Notes under the pieces: generated by a model
Database searches by the model: none
Told to the model about the DNA's origin: nothing
The model's input: only the letters and a program-made list of their open reading frames with translations
Program-made: the position numbers and the translations under genes
Part shown: in pieces, positions 42,478-50,668 of the stretch
Layout of the letters: the number at the start of each line of letters is the position of its first letter
Numbering within the stretch: position 1 is the stretch's first letter
IMG/VR virus record: IMGVR_UViG_3300006147_000025
Direction: 5' to 3' (one strand)
From: a virus
Length of the DNA stretch: 50,668 bases

Positions 42478-42693
42478 ATGCAAACGACATTAGGCGAAAA
42501 TTTCAGTTTCAGCCACGCCACCATCCGGCTCGTCCATACCGGGCCAACCCTACGCCTTCCCCGTAAGGAAAAGAAATGGCTCAAGGGTATAGTATTCGAT
42601 AACTACCGCTACATAGCGAGCGTTCACGGTTTACCCATACCGAAGAAAGCCCCGAAGTTCCACTTTAAGCCCGAAGAACAATGGCCTATGTAA
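42478..42693 (+). CDS. Hypothetical protein (71 aa)
   Basis: ATG ORF. Confidence 0.45.
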   Translation: MQTTLGENFSFSHATIRLVHTGPTLRLPRKEKKWLKGIVFDNYRYIASVHGLPIPKKAPKFHFKPEEQWPM

Positions 42694-43310
42694 CGAGAAT
42701 TTGCGAGAATTGCGGCCGCCCATTTCAAGCCGATAGCCGGAACGTCGCAAGAGGTTGGGGAAAGTGCTGCAGCAAGTCCTGCGCCGCCGCCCTTCGGGAA
42801 AAGGAGAAGGCAGAACCACAGCCCGAAAGAAAGTACGGCTTCGACGAGTTTATAGGCGAGTGCTACGAACCCGTCCGCCTCGCCGGAACGAAGAAGCCCC
42901 GCTTTACCTACGACGAATTGGTAGCGAGAGCCAACGCCACCAAGGAGAAGACGAAGCCCCGGCACATAGAAAGCCACATACAAAGGAACTGCTTCTATTG
43001 GTTTGGGCTACAATACCCGCACCTTCGCCCGGTATTCTTTGCAGTTCCTAACGGCGGCGGACGCAATAAACGGGAAGCCGGGATATTGAAGGCGGAAGGC
43101 GTTACCGCCGGAGTTGCAGACGCTATCCTCTTGAAGCCTTCGGGCGGCTACGCTTCCCTTTGCGTGGAGTTCAAGACCGAGGAAGGCACACAACGACGGA
43201 CGCAGAAGGAATGGCAGAAAGCCGCCGAAGCCAACGGCAACAAGTACGTTATAGTCCGCAGCTTCGACGACTTCAAACGCGAAATAACGGAGTATTTGGG
43301 CGCAGTATAG
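42681..43310 (+). CDS. VRR-NUC domain nuclease with an N-terminal Cys-rich zinc-finger-like segment (209 aa)
   Basis: CENCGRPF...CCSKSC at the N terminus. AVPNGG...GVADAILL...LCVEFKTEEG...Q..W (D...ExK-type core) in the C-terminal half. Confidence 0.7.
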   Translation: MAYVTRICENCGRPFQADSRNVARGWGKCCSKSCAAALREKEKAEPQPERKYGFDEFIGECYEPVRLAGTKKPRFTYDELVARANATKEKTKPRHIESHIQRNCFYWFGLQYPHLRPVFFAVPNGGGRNKREAGILKAEGVTAGVADAILLKPSGGYASLCVEFKTEEGTQRRTQKEWQKAAEANGNKYVIVRSFDDFKREITEYLGAV

Positions 43311-43320
43311 CCGCCTACTT

Positions 43321-43385
43321 GAAGTTTTAGCGAAGTGTTTTAGGGTTTGTCGTATCAATTTAATACGGCAAACCCTTTAACTTTG
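43321..43385 (+). promoter_or_regulatory. Candidate late-type promoter: 20-bp upstream element, 13-bp hairpin containing the 17-bp palindrome, and TAACTTTGCG
   Basis: GAAGTTTTAGCGAAGTGTTT at 43321-43340. The hairpin gggtttgtcgtat-N7-atacggcaaaccc follows at 43343-43375, with a single G-T pair. TAACTTTG at 43378-43385. Confidence 0.5.
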
Positions 43386-43407
43386 CGGCATAATAAACCG
43401 CCCGCGT

Positions 43408-43713
43408 ATGACACCCAAACAAGCAATAGAAAAAGCCGCCGCCTTCATTAAGCGGATAGCCTACGACAAGAAACTCCATTACGCCGCCGGGCTTCTTATT
43501 GCCGGAGTTCTTACCAACTTTATACCCGTGCTTTTCGCCGTGGGTATAGCCATATTGGTAGGAGTGGCAAAGGAAGTTTACGACCGCGTAACCAAGAAAG
43601 GAACGCCGGAACTTGCCGACTTCCTATGGACGACCGCCGGGGCTTTAACGTGGCTTCTTCTTTACTTCGTGGTTGAAGGCATTGTTTGGGTGTGGATAAC
43701 GTGGCTAACATAG
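43408..43713 (+). CDS. Small membrane protein with three predicted TM helices (101 aa), possible holin-like protein
   Basis: Hydrophobic segments LHYAAGLLIAGVLTNFI, PVLFAVGIAILVGVA and FLWTTAGALTWLLLYFVV. Has its own promoter and terminator. Confidence 0.55.
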   Translation: MTPKQAIEKAAAFIKRIAYDKKLHYAAGLLIAGVLTNFIPVLFAVGIAILVGVAKEVYDRVTKKGTPELADFLWTTAGALTWLLLYFVVEGIVWVWITWLT

Positions 43714-43765
43714 GCTTCTACGAAATTCCATATAGCTGAAAGCAACGGCGACACTGCCGAAGCGG

Positions 43766-43796
43766 AAGGGCGCGGCGACCGAAACCGCGCCCTTTT
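43766..43796 (+). terminator. Intrinsic terminator-like hairpin
   Basis: aagggcgcgg-N9-ccgcgccctt followed by tt. Perfect 10-bp stem. Confidence 0.6.
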
Positions 43797-43815
43797 CCAT
43801 AAACCGACACAGGAA

Positions 43816-44568
43816 ATGAGCAGACGAAAAAAGACCCAGGCCGACGAAGACGGCTTTAACTTCGACATAGGGGATATAGGTAACTTCGACCTTCCCGACG
43901 TAGATACTTCCCTCTTTGACGTTCTAAGCGACGACGAAGGGGAAGAAACACGCTACATAAAGCCGAAGGTTTACACCCGTAAACCGGACTTCGTTATGTA
44001 CGACAACGCCGTAAAATTGGCGCGTGATATAGAGATGACCGAGGGGAGCCGCTACGACGTGATAGTTAACGGCTCGTTCATTTTCGGCGACTTCTTAGAA
44101 GCCTTCATAGTGAGGAATAACGCCAAGTGTAAGAAGTTGACAATTTCCACGCTGTCGATGAACCAAAACAACATAGACAGCCTACACAACCTTATAACCC
44201 ACGGCTATATAGACGAATTGAACCTAATAATAAGCGCGTACTTCTACAACATGGAGATACGGGCTTTAATACCCTACATTTACCGCCATTTGGATATAGA
44301 CAACCGTCTACAATTAGCCGTGGCGAACGTCCACACCAAAACGGCGCAGTTTGAAACATTAGGCGGGAAGAAGATAATAGCCCACGGCTCGGCGAACCTA
44401 CGCAGTTCCGGCAGTATTGAGCAATTCACGATAGAGGAAAGCCCGGAACTTTACGACTTCTACGACGAATTTTTTAGCCGGATATTGGAACGCTACCAAA
44501 CCATACGGAAGCCCGTATGGGGTAAAGACGCATGGGCGGACTTGATACGGAAAAAGTTTAACGATTAA
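43816..44568 (+). CDS. Putative PLD-like (HKD-type) domain protein (250 aa)
   Basis: HTKTAQFETLGGKKIIAHGSANL resembles an HxK...GSxN motif with atypical spacing. Confidence 0.4.
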   Translation: MSRRKKTQADEDGFNFDIGDIGNFDLPDVDTSLFDVLSDDEGEETRYIKPKVYTRKPDFVMYDNAVKLARDIEMTEGSRYDVIVNGSFIFGDFLEAFIVRNNAKCKKLTISTLSMNQNNIDSLHNLITHGYIDELNLIISAYFYNMEIRALIPYIYRHLDIDNRLQLAVANVHTKTAQFETLGGKKIIAHGSANLRSSGSIEQFTIEESPELYDFYDEFFSRILERYQTIRKPVWGKDAWADLIRKKFND

Positions 44569-44580
44569 CACCCCACGAAA

Positions 44581-44724
44581 ATGGCAGAAGATAACGGAAG
44601 CACAGGAAGCGGCGGCAACGGTTCCGCTATTCAGAGTTCTACGGTAGCGAGTATGCGCGGCGCGTCTATGGCGTATTGGGCTGACCCCTTCGGCGGCGGA
44701 TACAGCGGCCCAGCACCCTTCTAA
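44581..44724 (+). CDS. Small Gly/Ser-rich ORF (47 aa), below the ORF-track cut-off
   Basis: Translated by hand: MAEDNGSTGSGGNGSAIQSSTVASMRGASMAYWADPFGGGYSGPAPF. It fills the gap between two genes. Confidence 0.25.
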   Translation: MAEDNGSTGSGGNGSAIQSSTVASMRGASMAYWADPFGGGYSGPAPF

Positions 44725-44743
44725 CCCTTAACCCCCGGAAACT

Positions 44744-46162
44744 ATGGCAAAGAAGAAAATACAGGAAGGAGCAGCTACCCCCGCCAAGGCCCTCGCGCCA
44801 TTGGTGCAAAGCGTCGTATTGAAGTTGTCGGATTTGGAACTGAACAAAGGGCAAATTCCCGGAGTTCCGAAGAACCCGCGAATGATGAAGGACGACGTAA
44901 AATTTAGGAAGTTGAAAGCGTCGATAGAGGACGACCCCGAAATGTTGGCACTTCGGGAAGTGCTTATTTACCAATACGACGGGCATAACGTCATTATAGG
45001 CGGAAATATGCGTTACCGCGCCCTTAAAGAATTGGGCTACACGGAAACAATAGCGAAAATAATACCGCCGGAAACAACGCCGGAGAAACTACGCGCCATT
45101 GTCATAAAGGATAACGTAGCCTTCGGCGATTGGGATTATAACGACTTAGCCAACGAATGGGAGTTAGACGACCTCGACCGTTGGGCCGTGGAACTTCCCG
45201 ACATTGACACAGGGCAAGCCGAAGAAGAAGCGGAGGAAGACGACTTTAACGTAGGCGAGAACTTACCGAGCAAGCCGAAGGCGAAATACGGGAATGTCTA
45301 CCGATTGGGAAACCACCGCCTAATCTGTGGCGACAGCACGAAGCCGGAAGTATTGGATATCCTGATAGGCGAAGGCAAAGTAGACCTATTCTTAACCGAC
45401 CCGCCCTATAACGTGGACTATTCAAGCAAGAACGAAGCCCTAAACGCCGCCGACAAAGGGAACCGGGTACAAAAGGACATAGCCAACGACAAGATGGGCG
45501 ACGAAGCCTTTTTAGAGTTCCTTAAAGCCGCCTTCGACAACGCCAACCGCTACCTCAAGAAGGGCGGCGCGTTCTACATTTGGCACGCCGGAACGGAAGG
45601 GCTTAACTTCAAATTGGCGGTTAAGTCCGTGGGTTGGGAGTTGAAGCAGATACTTATATGGGTTAAAAACAACATGGTATTAGGGCGACAGGACTACCAA
45701 TGGAAGCACGAACCCTGCCTATACGGTTGGAAGCCCGGCGCGTCGCACTTCTTCGTAAACCGCCGCGACCTATTGACCGTAACCGAGGACGAAGCCCCGG
45801 ACATAGATGCAATGACGAAGGACGAGTTAAAAGCCCTTCTTCGTTCGCTATTGGGCGAAGCCACCCCGACCACGACAATACACGAGGATAAGCCGCTACG
45901 TTCAGCCGACCACCCCACGATGAAGCCTATAAAACTTATGGGACGCGCCATTAAGAACAGCACACGCCCCGGCGAAGTAGTGTTAGACCTATTCGGCGGA
46001 AGCGGAAGCACCCTTATGGCGGCCGAGCAGTTGGCCCGCTCCTGTTATACCGTGGAATTAGACCCCGCCTATATAGACGTGATAATAAAGCGGTGGGAAG
46101 AATACACGGGCGACAAAGCGGAACTATTAGGCAACTTCGCCCCGGACGAGGAAGCAGAATAA
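44744..46162 (+). CDS. ParB-like nuclease domain fused to an N6/N4 DNA methyltransferase (472 aa)
   Basis: N-terminal ParB-like segment (VIIGGNMRYRALKELG). DPPYN motif (LFLTDPPYNVDY). C-terminal FGGSGST AdoMet-binding motif. Confidence 0.85.
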   Translation: MAKKKIQEGAATPAKALAPLVQSVVLKLSDLELNKGQIPGVPKNPRMMKDDVKFRKLKASIEDDPEMLALREVLIYQYDGHNVIIGGNMRYRALKELGYTETIAKIIPPETTPEKLRAIVIKDNVAFGDWDYNDLANEWELDDLDRWAVELPDIDTGQAEEEAEEDDFNVGENLPSKPKAKYGNVYRLGNHRLICGDSTKPEVLDILIGEGKVDLFLTDPPYNVDYSSKNEALNAADKGNRVQKDIANDKMGDEAFLEFLKAAFDNANRYLKKGGAFYIWHAGTEGLNFKLAVKSVGWELKQILIWVKNNMVLGRQDYQWKHEPCLYGWKPGASHFFVNRRDLLTVTEDEAPDIDAMTKDELKALLRSLLGEATPTTTIHEDKPLRSADHPTMKPIKLMGRAIKNSTRPGEVVLDLFGGSGSTLMAAEQLARSCYTVELDPAYIDVIIKRWEEYTGDKAELLGNFAPDEEAE

Positions 46163-46195
46163 GGAACAGCGACAAAACGACAAAAAAACAGCGAT

Positions 46196-46639
46196 ATGCC
46201 AAACCCCGAAAACATAACCCCGCATCAGTTCAAACCCGGACAGAGTGGCAACCCCAAAGGCCGCCCCAAAAGCCGCGTACCCGAACAGCTTGTAAAGATA
46301 TTCGGGAGCAAGGCGAAGGCGAAGAAGTTTTACAGCCTTTCCGCCGTGGAGATTAACGAATGGGAAGCCGCTATACTTTCCTTTACCTTCGCCGACCTTC
46401 AACTACTTGTAAAGTGGGAGGAAGCCCCGATATACCCCAAAGGATTAGCGCGGGCCATACTTAGCGACATGAAGAACGGCAAGACCACGACGTTAGACAA
46501 GCTGCGCGAAAGGCAGTACGGCAAGCCCACACAGCGAATGGAACTTACAGGAAAGGACGGCGGCGACTTGATACCGGCCCGGACGCTTACGAAGGAAGAA
46601 GCCGCCGAACTATTCAAAACCCTAAACGAAAAATACTAA
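46196..46639 (+). CDS. terS: Terminase small subunit (147 aa)
   Basis: N-terminal FKPGQSGNPKGRPKS motif, common in small terminase-like proteins. Lies directly upstream of terL. Confidence 0.6.
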   Translation: MPNPENITPHQFKPGQSGNPKGRPKSRVPEQLVKIFGSKAKAKKFYSLSAVEINEWEAAILSFTFADLQLLVKWEEAPIYPKGLARAILSDMKNGKTTTLDKLRERQYGKPTQRMELTGKDGGDLIPARTLTKEEAAELFKTLNEKY

Positions 46640-48099
46640 TGTCCTTCTGCCGCGACATAGACGTAATAAAGATGTGGATCCGCCAAGGAACGCTAAACTT
46701 TACACGCTTCTTTTTCAAAGAAAAGTATAAGCGTAAGTTCGTCGTAGGCAAACATCACGAAAGGATAGCCGAAGCCTTAGACAAGGTATTGAAGGGCGAG
46801 ATAACCCGGCTTATAATAAACATCGCGCCACGCTACGGCAAGACCGAATTAGCGGTAAAGAACTTCATCGCGGAAGGCTTCGCCATTAACCCCAAGGCGA
46901 AGTTTATACACCTCAGTTATTCGGACGACTTAGCCCGCGACAACAGCCGGGGAGTACAGGAAATTCTGCGCGAACCGAGTTATAGGCGATTGTTCCCGGA
47001 CGCGATGCCGACGAGCGTAAACACCCGCAAATGGTTTACAAAAGCCGGGGGCGGACTTTACGCCGTTTCATCAGCCGGACAGGTAACAGGCTTCGGCGCG
47101 GGTTTGGTGGATAAGGACGAAGACGAGGAATTAGGCGACGAGGTAGCCGCCATTACTTCCGAAGGGGACGAGTTCGGCGGCGCGATAGTCATCGACGACC
47201 CAATTAAGCCGGACGACGCACGAAGCGAACAAATACGCGAGAAGGTAAACCAAAAGTTTGAAACCACCATACGAAACCGCGTTAACAGCCGAAAAACGCC
47301 GATAATTATAATTATGCAGCGTTTGGACGAAGACGACCTTTGCGGCTACTTGCAGAAGTTGGAGCCGGACGAATGGGTAGTATTGAGCCTTCCCGTTATT
47401 GAGATTGACGACGACGGCAAGGAGCGGCCGCTGTGGGAGTTCAAACACACGTTAGCCGAACTTCACGAATTGGAAGAAAAAAGCGGGTGGGTATTTGAAA
47501 CGCAGTATATGCAGAACCCCCGACCGATAACGGGGCTTATGTACGAACGCGAGTTTAAGACCTACGAAGTATTGCCCGTAACCAAGAAGCACAAAGTAAA
47601 AGCCTACGTCGATACCGCCGACACGGGCGAAGACTTCCTTTGCTGTATTGTCTACGTCGAAACGGAAATAGGCAATTTCATTTTAGACGTGTACTATACC
47701 CAGGCCGCAATGGAAACGACCGAGCCGGAAACGGCGCGGATCCTTACGAAGTGGGAAGTAGAGGAAGCGATAATAGAGAGTAACAACGGCGGGCGCGGCT
47801 TCGCCCGGAAGGTAGAAGAAAACTGCCGGATATTGGGAAACCGCCGTACCGTTGTACGCTGGTTCCACCAAGGAGAAAATAAGGATATACGAATATTCAG
47901 CCATTCAAACGAGGTGCAGAACCTTACACACTTCCCGAAGGAGTGGGCACACTTATGGCCGAAGTTCCACAAGGCTATAACCCAATACAAGAAGCAGGGA
48001 AGAAACACCCACGACGACGCGCCGGACGCTTTAACGGGAACGGTGGAGAAACGCCCCGACGGGAAACAAAGTATTTCAAGATTAAAACAAATTTTCTAA
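46639..48099 (+). CDS. terL: Terminase large subunit (486 aa)
   Basis: Walker A-like APRYGKTE and Walker B-like AIVIDDPIKPDD. C-terminal nuclease-like region (AYVDTADTGEDF...HDDAPDAL). Confidence 0.85.
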   Translation: MSFCRDIDVIKMWIRQGTLNFTRFFFKEKYKRKFVVGKHHERIAEALDKVLKGEITRLIINIAPRYGKTELAVKNFIAEGFAINPKAKFIHLSYSDDLARDNSRGVQEILREPSYRRLFPDAMPTSVNTRKWFTKAGGGLYAVSSAGQVTGFGAGLVDKDEDEELGDEVAAITSEGDEFGGAIVIDDPIKPDDARSEQIREKVNQKFETTIRNRVNSRKTPIIIIMQRLDEDDLCGYLQKLEPDEWVVLSLPVIEIDDDGKERPLWEFKHTLAELHELEEKSGWVFETQYMQNPRPITGLMYEREFKTYEVLPVTKKHKVKAYVDTADTGEDFLCCIVYVETEIGNFILDVYYTQAAMETTEPETARILTKWEVEEAIIESNNGGRGFARKVEENCRILGNRRTVVRWFHQGENKDIRIFSHSNEVQNLTHFPKEWAHLWPKFHKAITQYKKQGRNTHDDAPDALTGTVEKRPDGKQSISRLKQIF

Positions 48100-48121
48100 C
48101 CCCCATAAACCCCAATAGACT

Positions 48122-49609
48122 ATGCCACCTATTGACGAACTACTGAAAGCGGGCGACTACCCCGCAGCTATAAACGAGTTGAGAAACGGGCGAATTACGA
48201 CCCTTCCCAATTCGGAGCAGTACGCCGCGCAGTACGACCCTGCAAAGCACGACATCAACGACCCGCGCAAACGCCCGGACAAACTTGTAGTAATTGACAA
48301 GGATAGCGAGGAATACGGGCAAGTCAAGAACATCAACGTAAACGCAGAGCTTACGACGGAACAGGGGTTTAGAATTGAACCCGTAGCCCGCATCGCGTTA
48401 GCCCTTCAAAAGTTGATAGTAAAACGCGCCGTAGCCTTTACCTTCGGCAACCCGCCCGCCTACGATGCAGACCCGCAGGGCGACGAGGAAAAGGCGGTAT
48501 TTGCCGCGCTTAAACGTGTATTCCACGAAGTCAAGGAAAGAACCCTTAACCGCCGCGTAGCCCGTAGTATTTTCAATTCTACCGAGGTAGCCGAATATTG
48601 GTACCCGGTAGAAACCGAGGAAACGCACGACCTCTACGGCTTCCCGACAAAAACGAAGTTCCGCGTAGCCCTGTTTAGTCCCGCCTTCGGGGATAAACTT
48701 TACCCATACTTCGACGACAACCGCGACCTAATAGCCTTTTCCCGTGAGTTCACAAAGAAGGCAGACGACCTGACTACGCGCACTTACTTTGAAACCTACA
48801 CGAAGGACGCGCACTATATATGGACGGCGGAAGGCCCGACCGGGACGGAAGCCAAGAACTGGGAGTTAGTCGAGGGCTACCCCAAGCAGCTAACCATCGG
48901 CAAAATCCCCATAGTGTACGGAAGTCAACCCGCCGTAGAGTGGGAAGACGTGCAGAGCCTTATCGACCGTTTGGAAAAGTTACTTTCCAACTTCGCCGAT
49001 ACCAACGACTACCACGCAAGCCCGAAAATCTTTGTAGAAGGCAAAATATTGGGCTTCGCAAGGAAGGGCGAAGCCGGAGCGATAATCGAAGGCGAGGAAG
49101 GCGCGAAAGCAACCTACCTATCATGGGCGCAGGCCCCGGAAAGCGTAAGGTTGGAAATAGACACGCTTCTCCGAATGATTTACACCATTACCCAAACGCC
49201 CGATATTTCCTTTGATAGCGTGAAGGGGATAGGCGCAATTAGCGGCGTAGCCCTTCAACTTCTATTTATGGACGCACACTTAAAGGTACAGGACAAAATG
49301 GAAGTATTCGACGACTACTTAACCCGACGTGCAAACATCGTGTTAGCCTACCTCGGAGCGGCTAACGTCAAGAACAAAGCCGCCGCCCGCCGTCTTATTG
49401 TTTCGCCCCGGATAACGCCTTACATTATTGAGGACGAACAGGCGAAAATAAATATTCTTCAAGGTGCCAACGGCGGCAAGCCGATAGCAAGCCAAAAGAC
49501 GACTATACGCCGTTTAGGTTGGGCGGAAGACCCGGACGCAGAACAGGCCGAAATACAAACGGAAGAAGACCGGGCCAACGCATGGACGGAAGGAGAACCG
49601 ACCCTTTAA
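48122..49609 (+). CDS. Portal protein (495 aa)
   Basis: Size and position between terL and the MuF-like head morphogenesis gene. Confidence 0.7.
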   Translation: MPPIDELLKAGDYPAAINELRNGRITTLPNSEQYAAQYDPAKHDINDPRKRPDKLVVIDKDSEEYGQVKNINVNAELTTEQGFRIEPVARIALALQKLIVKRAVAFTFGNPPAYDADPQGDEEKAVFAALKRVFHEVKERTLNRRVARSIFNSTEVAEYWYPVETEETHDLYGFPTKTKFRVALFSPAFGDKLYPYFDDNRDLIAFSREFTKKADDLTTRTYFETYTKDAHYIWTAEGPTGTEAKNWELVEGYPKQLTIGKIPIVYGSQPAVEWEDVQSLIDRLEKLLSNFADTNDYHASPKIFVEGKILGFARKGEAGAIIEGEEGAKATYLSWAQAPESVRLEIDTLLRMIYTITQTPDISFDSVKGIGAISGVALQLLFMDAHLKVQDKMEVFDDYLTRRANIVLAYLGAANVKNKAAARRLIVSPRITPYIIEDEQAKINILQGANGGKPIASQKTTIRRLGWAEDPDAEQAEIQTEEDRANAWTEGEPTL

Positions 49610-49775
49610 TCCCAAGTAACCGCCCAAAATTCCGTAATACGCTCTATTTATGGAGAATACGAACCAAAAGAAGCCATTTTGAGCCGCGTGTAAGCCGCGT
49701 TTCCTTCCGAATGGATAAAGTACCCACCTCGGAAGCGGAACGCGCTTAAACGCGAAATTCCGAAAAAATAACTTT

Positions 49776-50668
49776 ATGCCCGATTATACCGAAAACCGCC
49801 TTATAGTCCGACTTCGTGGCTTCGATGCCCGGCACTACGCCAAGACGCGGCAGTACGCCCGCCAAGTGGAACGGCTCTATAACACCGCTTGCGACGAGAT
49901 AGCCCGCGCCGCCGGACGTATAACCATACCCGAAGACGGCGTTTTTAGTTTCGACGACTTCCCGGCTACACGTCGCCAAGCCGAAGGCATACTTTCCCGA
50001 CTTACGAAGAAGGTAGAAGCCGTTATAACCACCGGGACGCGGACGGAGTGGCAAGCGGCCTGCGACAAAAGCGATGCCTTCTTAGGTTCCATACTTCGCA
50101 CGTCCCGGCTAACCCCGGAAGAAGCGGAGAAGTACCAAGCCCGGAACCTCGAAGCCTTACAAGCCTTCCAACAGCGTAAAGCCGGAGGTTTGGGGCTTAG
50201 TCAGCGCGTATGGAAGTACACGGAAGAATTTAAGACGGCGTTAGAATTGGGTATAGACGTAGCCGTAGGCGAAGGGCGCAGCGCACAGCAGCTCTCCCGC
50301 GACCTTCGCCAATACCTACAACAGCCGGACAAACTATTTAGGCGCGTCCGTGACAAGGGCGGAAACCTTCGGCTTAGTAAGGCGGCTAAGATGTACCACC
50401 CCGGCCAAGGCGTTTACAGGAGTGCAGCCAAGAACGCCGAGCGTTTGGCGCGGACGGAAGTAAATATGGCGTACAGGGAAGCCGAATACTTACGATGGCA
50501 ACAATTAGATTTTGTCGTAGGCTTCCGCGTGATGTTGAGCAACAACCACACCACGAAGGACAGCAAGGGGAAGACCGTACCGCTAACCGACATTTGCGAC
50601 GAGTTGGCGGGCGACTACCCCAAAACTTTCAAGTTCCTCGGTTGGCACCCGCAATGCCGTTGCGTCGT
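49776..50668 (+). CDS. Head morphogenesis protein (Mu gpF / SPP1 gp7-like), N-terminal part; continues at position 78 of the window (1-77 duplicate 50592-50668)
   Basis: ATG at 49776 with no stop before the window end. ...AERLARTEVNMAYREAEY...LGWHPQCRCVV matches the Phage_Mu_F signature. Confidence 0.8.
   Translation, partial: MPDYTENRLIVRLRGFDARHYAKTRQYARQVERLYNTACDEIARAAGRITIPEDGVFSFDDFPATRRQAEGILSRLTKKVEAVITTGTRTEWQAACDKSDAFLGSILRTSRLTPEEAEKYQARNLEALQAFQQRKAGGLGLSQRVWKYTEEFKTALELGIDVAVGEGRSAQQLSRDLRQYLQQPDKLFRRVRDKGGNLRLSKAAKMYHPGQGVYRSAAKNAERLARTEVNMAYREAEYLRWQQLDFVVGFRVMLSNNHTTKDSKGKTVPLTDICDELAGDYPKTFKFLGWHPQCRCV
50592..50668. repeat. 77-bp terminal direct repeat, right copy
   Basis: Identical to 1-77. 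Confidence 0.97.

Larger units (their letters stand above)
1..50591. mobile_element. Complete circularly closed temperate siphovirus-like phage (or excised prophage) genome, unit length 50,591 bp, probable Bacteroidota host
   Basis: Bases 1-77 equal 50592-50668. Packaging, head, tail, lysis, lysogeny and replication modules are all present. The MuF-like gene is complete only when the ends are joined. TAnnTTTG promoter boxes and a Bacteroides-type integrase are present. Confidence 0.85.

Noticed and set aside
46163-46195. Direct repeat ACAGCGA x2 upstream of the small terminase as a pac or cos site
   Set aside because: It is only 7 bp repeated once, easily due to chance, and no supporting end information is available.

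Overview
The window is a complete, circularly closed genome of a temperate, siphovirus-like phage. Unit length is 50,591 bp: bases 1-77 repeat exactly at 50592-50668, and a Mu-F-like head gene is intact only across that junction. The host is probably a Bacteroidota species, inferred from recurrent TAnnTTTG -7 promoter boxes, a Bacteroides-type tyrosine integrase and the absence of Shine-Dalgarno-like leaders. Gene order (+ strand unless noted) is listed below.
- Packaging and head: PLD-like protein, ParB-methyltransferase fusion, small and large terminase, portal, MuF-like head morphogenesis protein with a C-terminal HExxH domain.
- A 2.3-kb minus-strand moron island.
- Structural genes: scaffold, capsid, connector proteins, major tail protein, chaperones, a 1408-aa tape measure, Dit, and a 1373-aa Tal/fibre protein.
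- A diversity-generating retroelement (DGR).
- Lysis cassette: membrane protein, GH108 endolysin, unimolecular spanin-like lipoprotein.
- attP-like repeats, then integrase and repressor on the minus strand.
- Early genes: LuxR-type HTH, SbcC-like ATPase, annealing-protein candidate, MBL nuclease, HU, an initiator with embedded iterons, C5 methyltransferase, SSB, VRR-NUC.

The main result is the DGR. One 113-nt template repeat (22035-22147) matches two variable regions that differ from it only at template adenines.
- VR1 (21433-21545) lies at the 3' end of a 443-aa tail-module protein.
- VR2 (35141-35228) lies 13 kb away in a 189-aa protein in the replication/early module.
- The gene in the Avd position does not look like Avd.
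- The RT carries SP instead of the usual SQ in the LGxxxSQ motif.

Secondary results are a recurrent 17-bp CGTAT-N7-ATACG palindrome in intergenic regions, a 20-bp element at identical spacing upstream of two TAACTTTGCG promoters, face-to-face promoters at the lysogeny switch, and an iteron-type origin. No tRNA, rRNA or CRISPR array was recognised. All functional calls rest on motifs read by eye and on gene order; no database search was possible.
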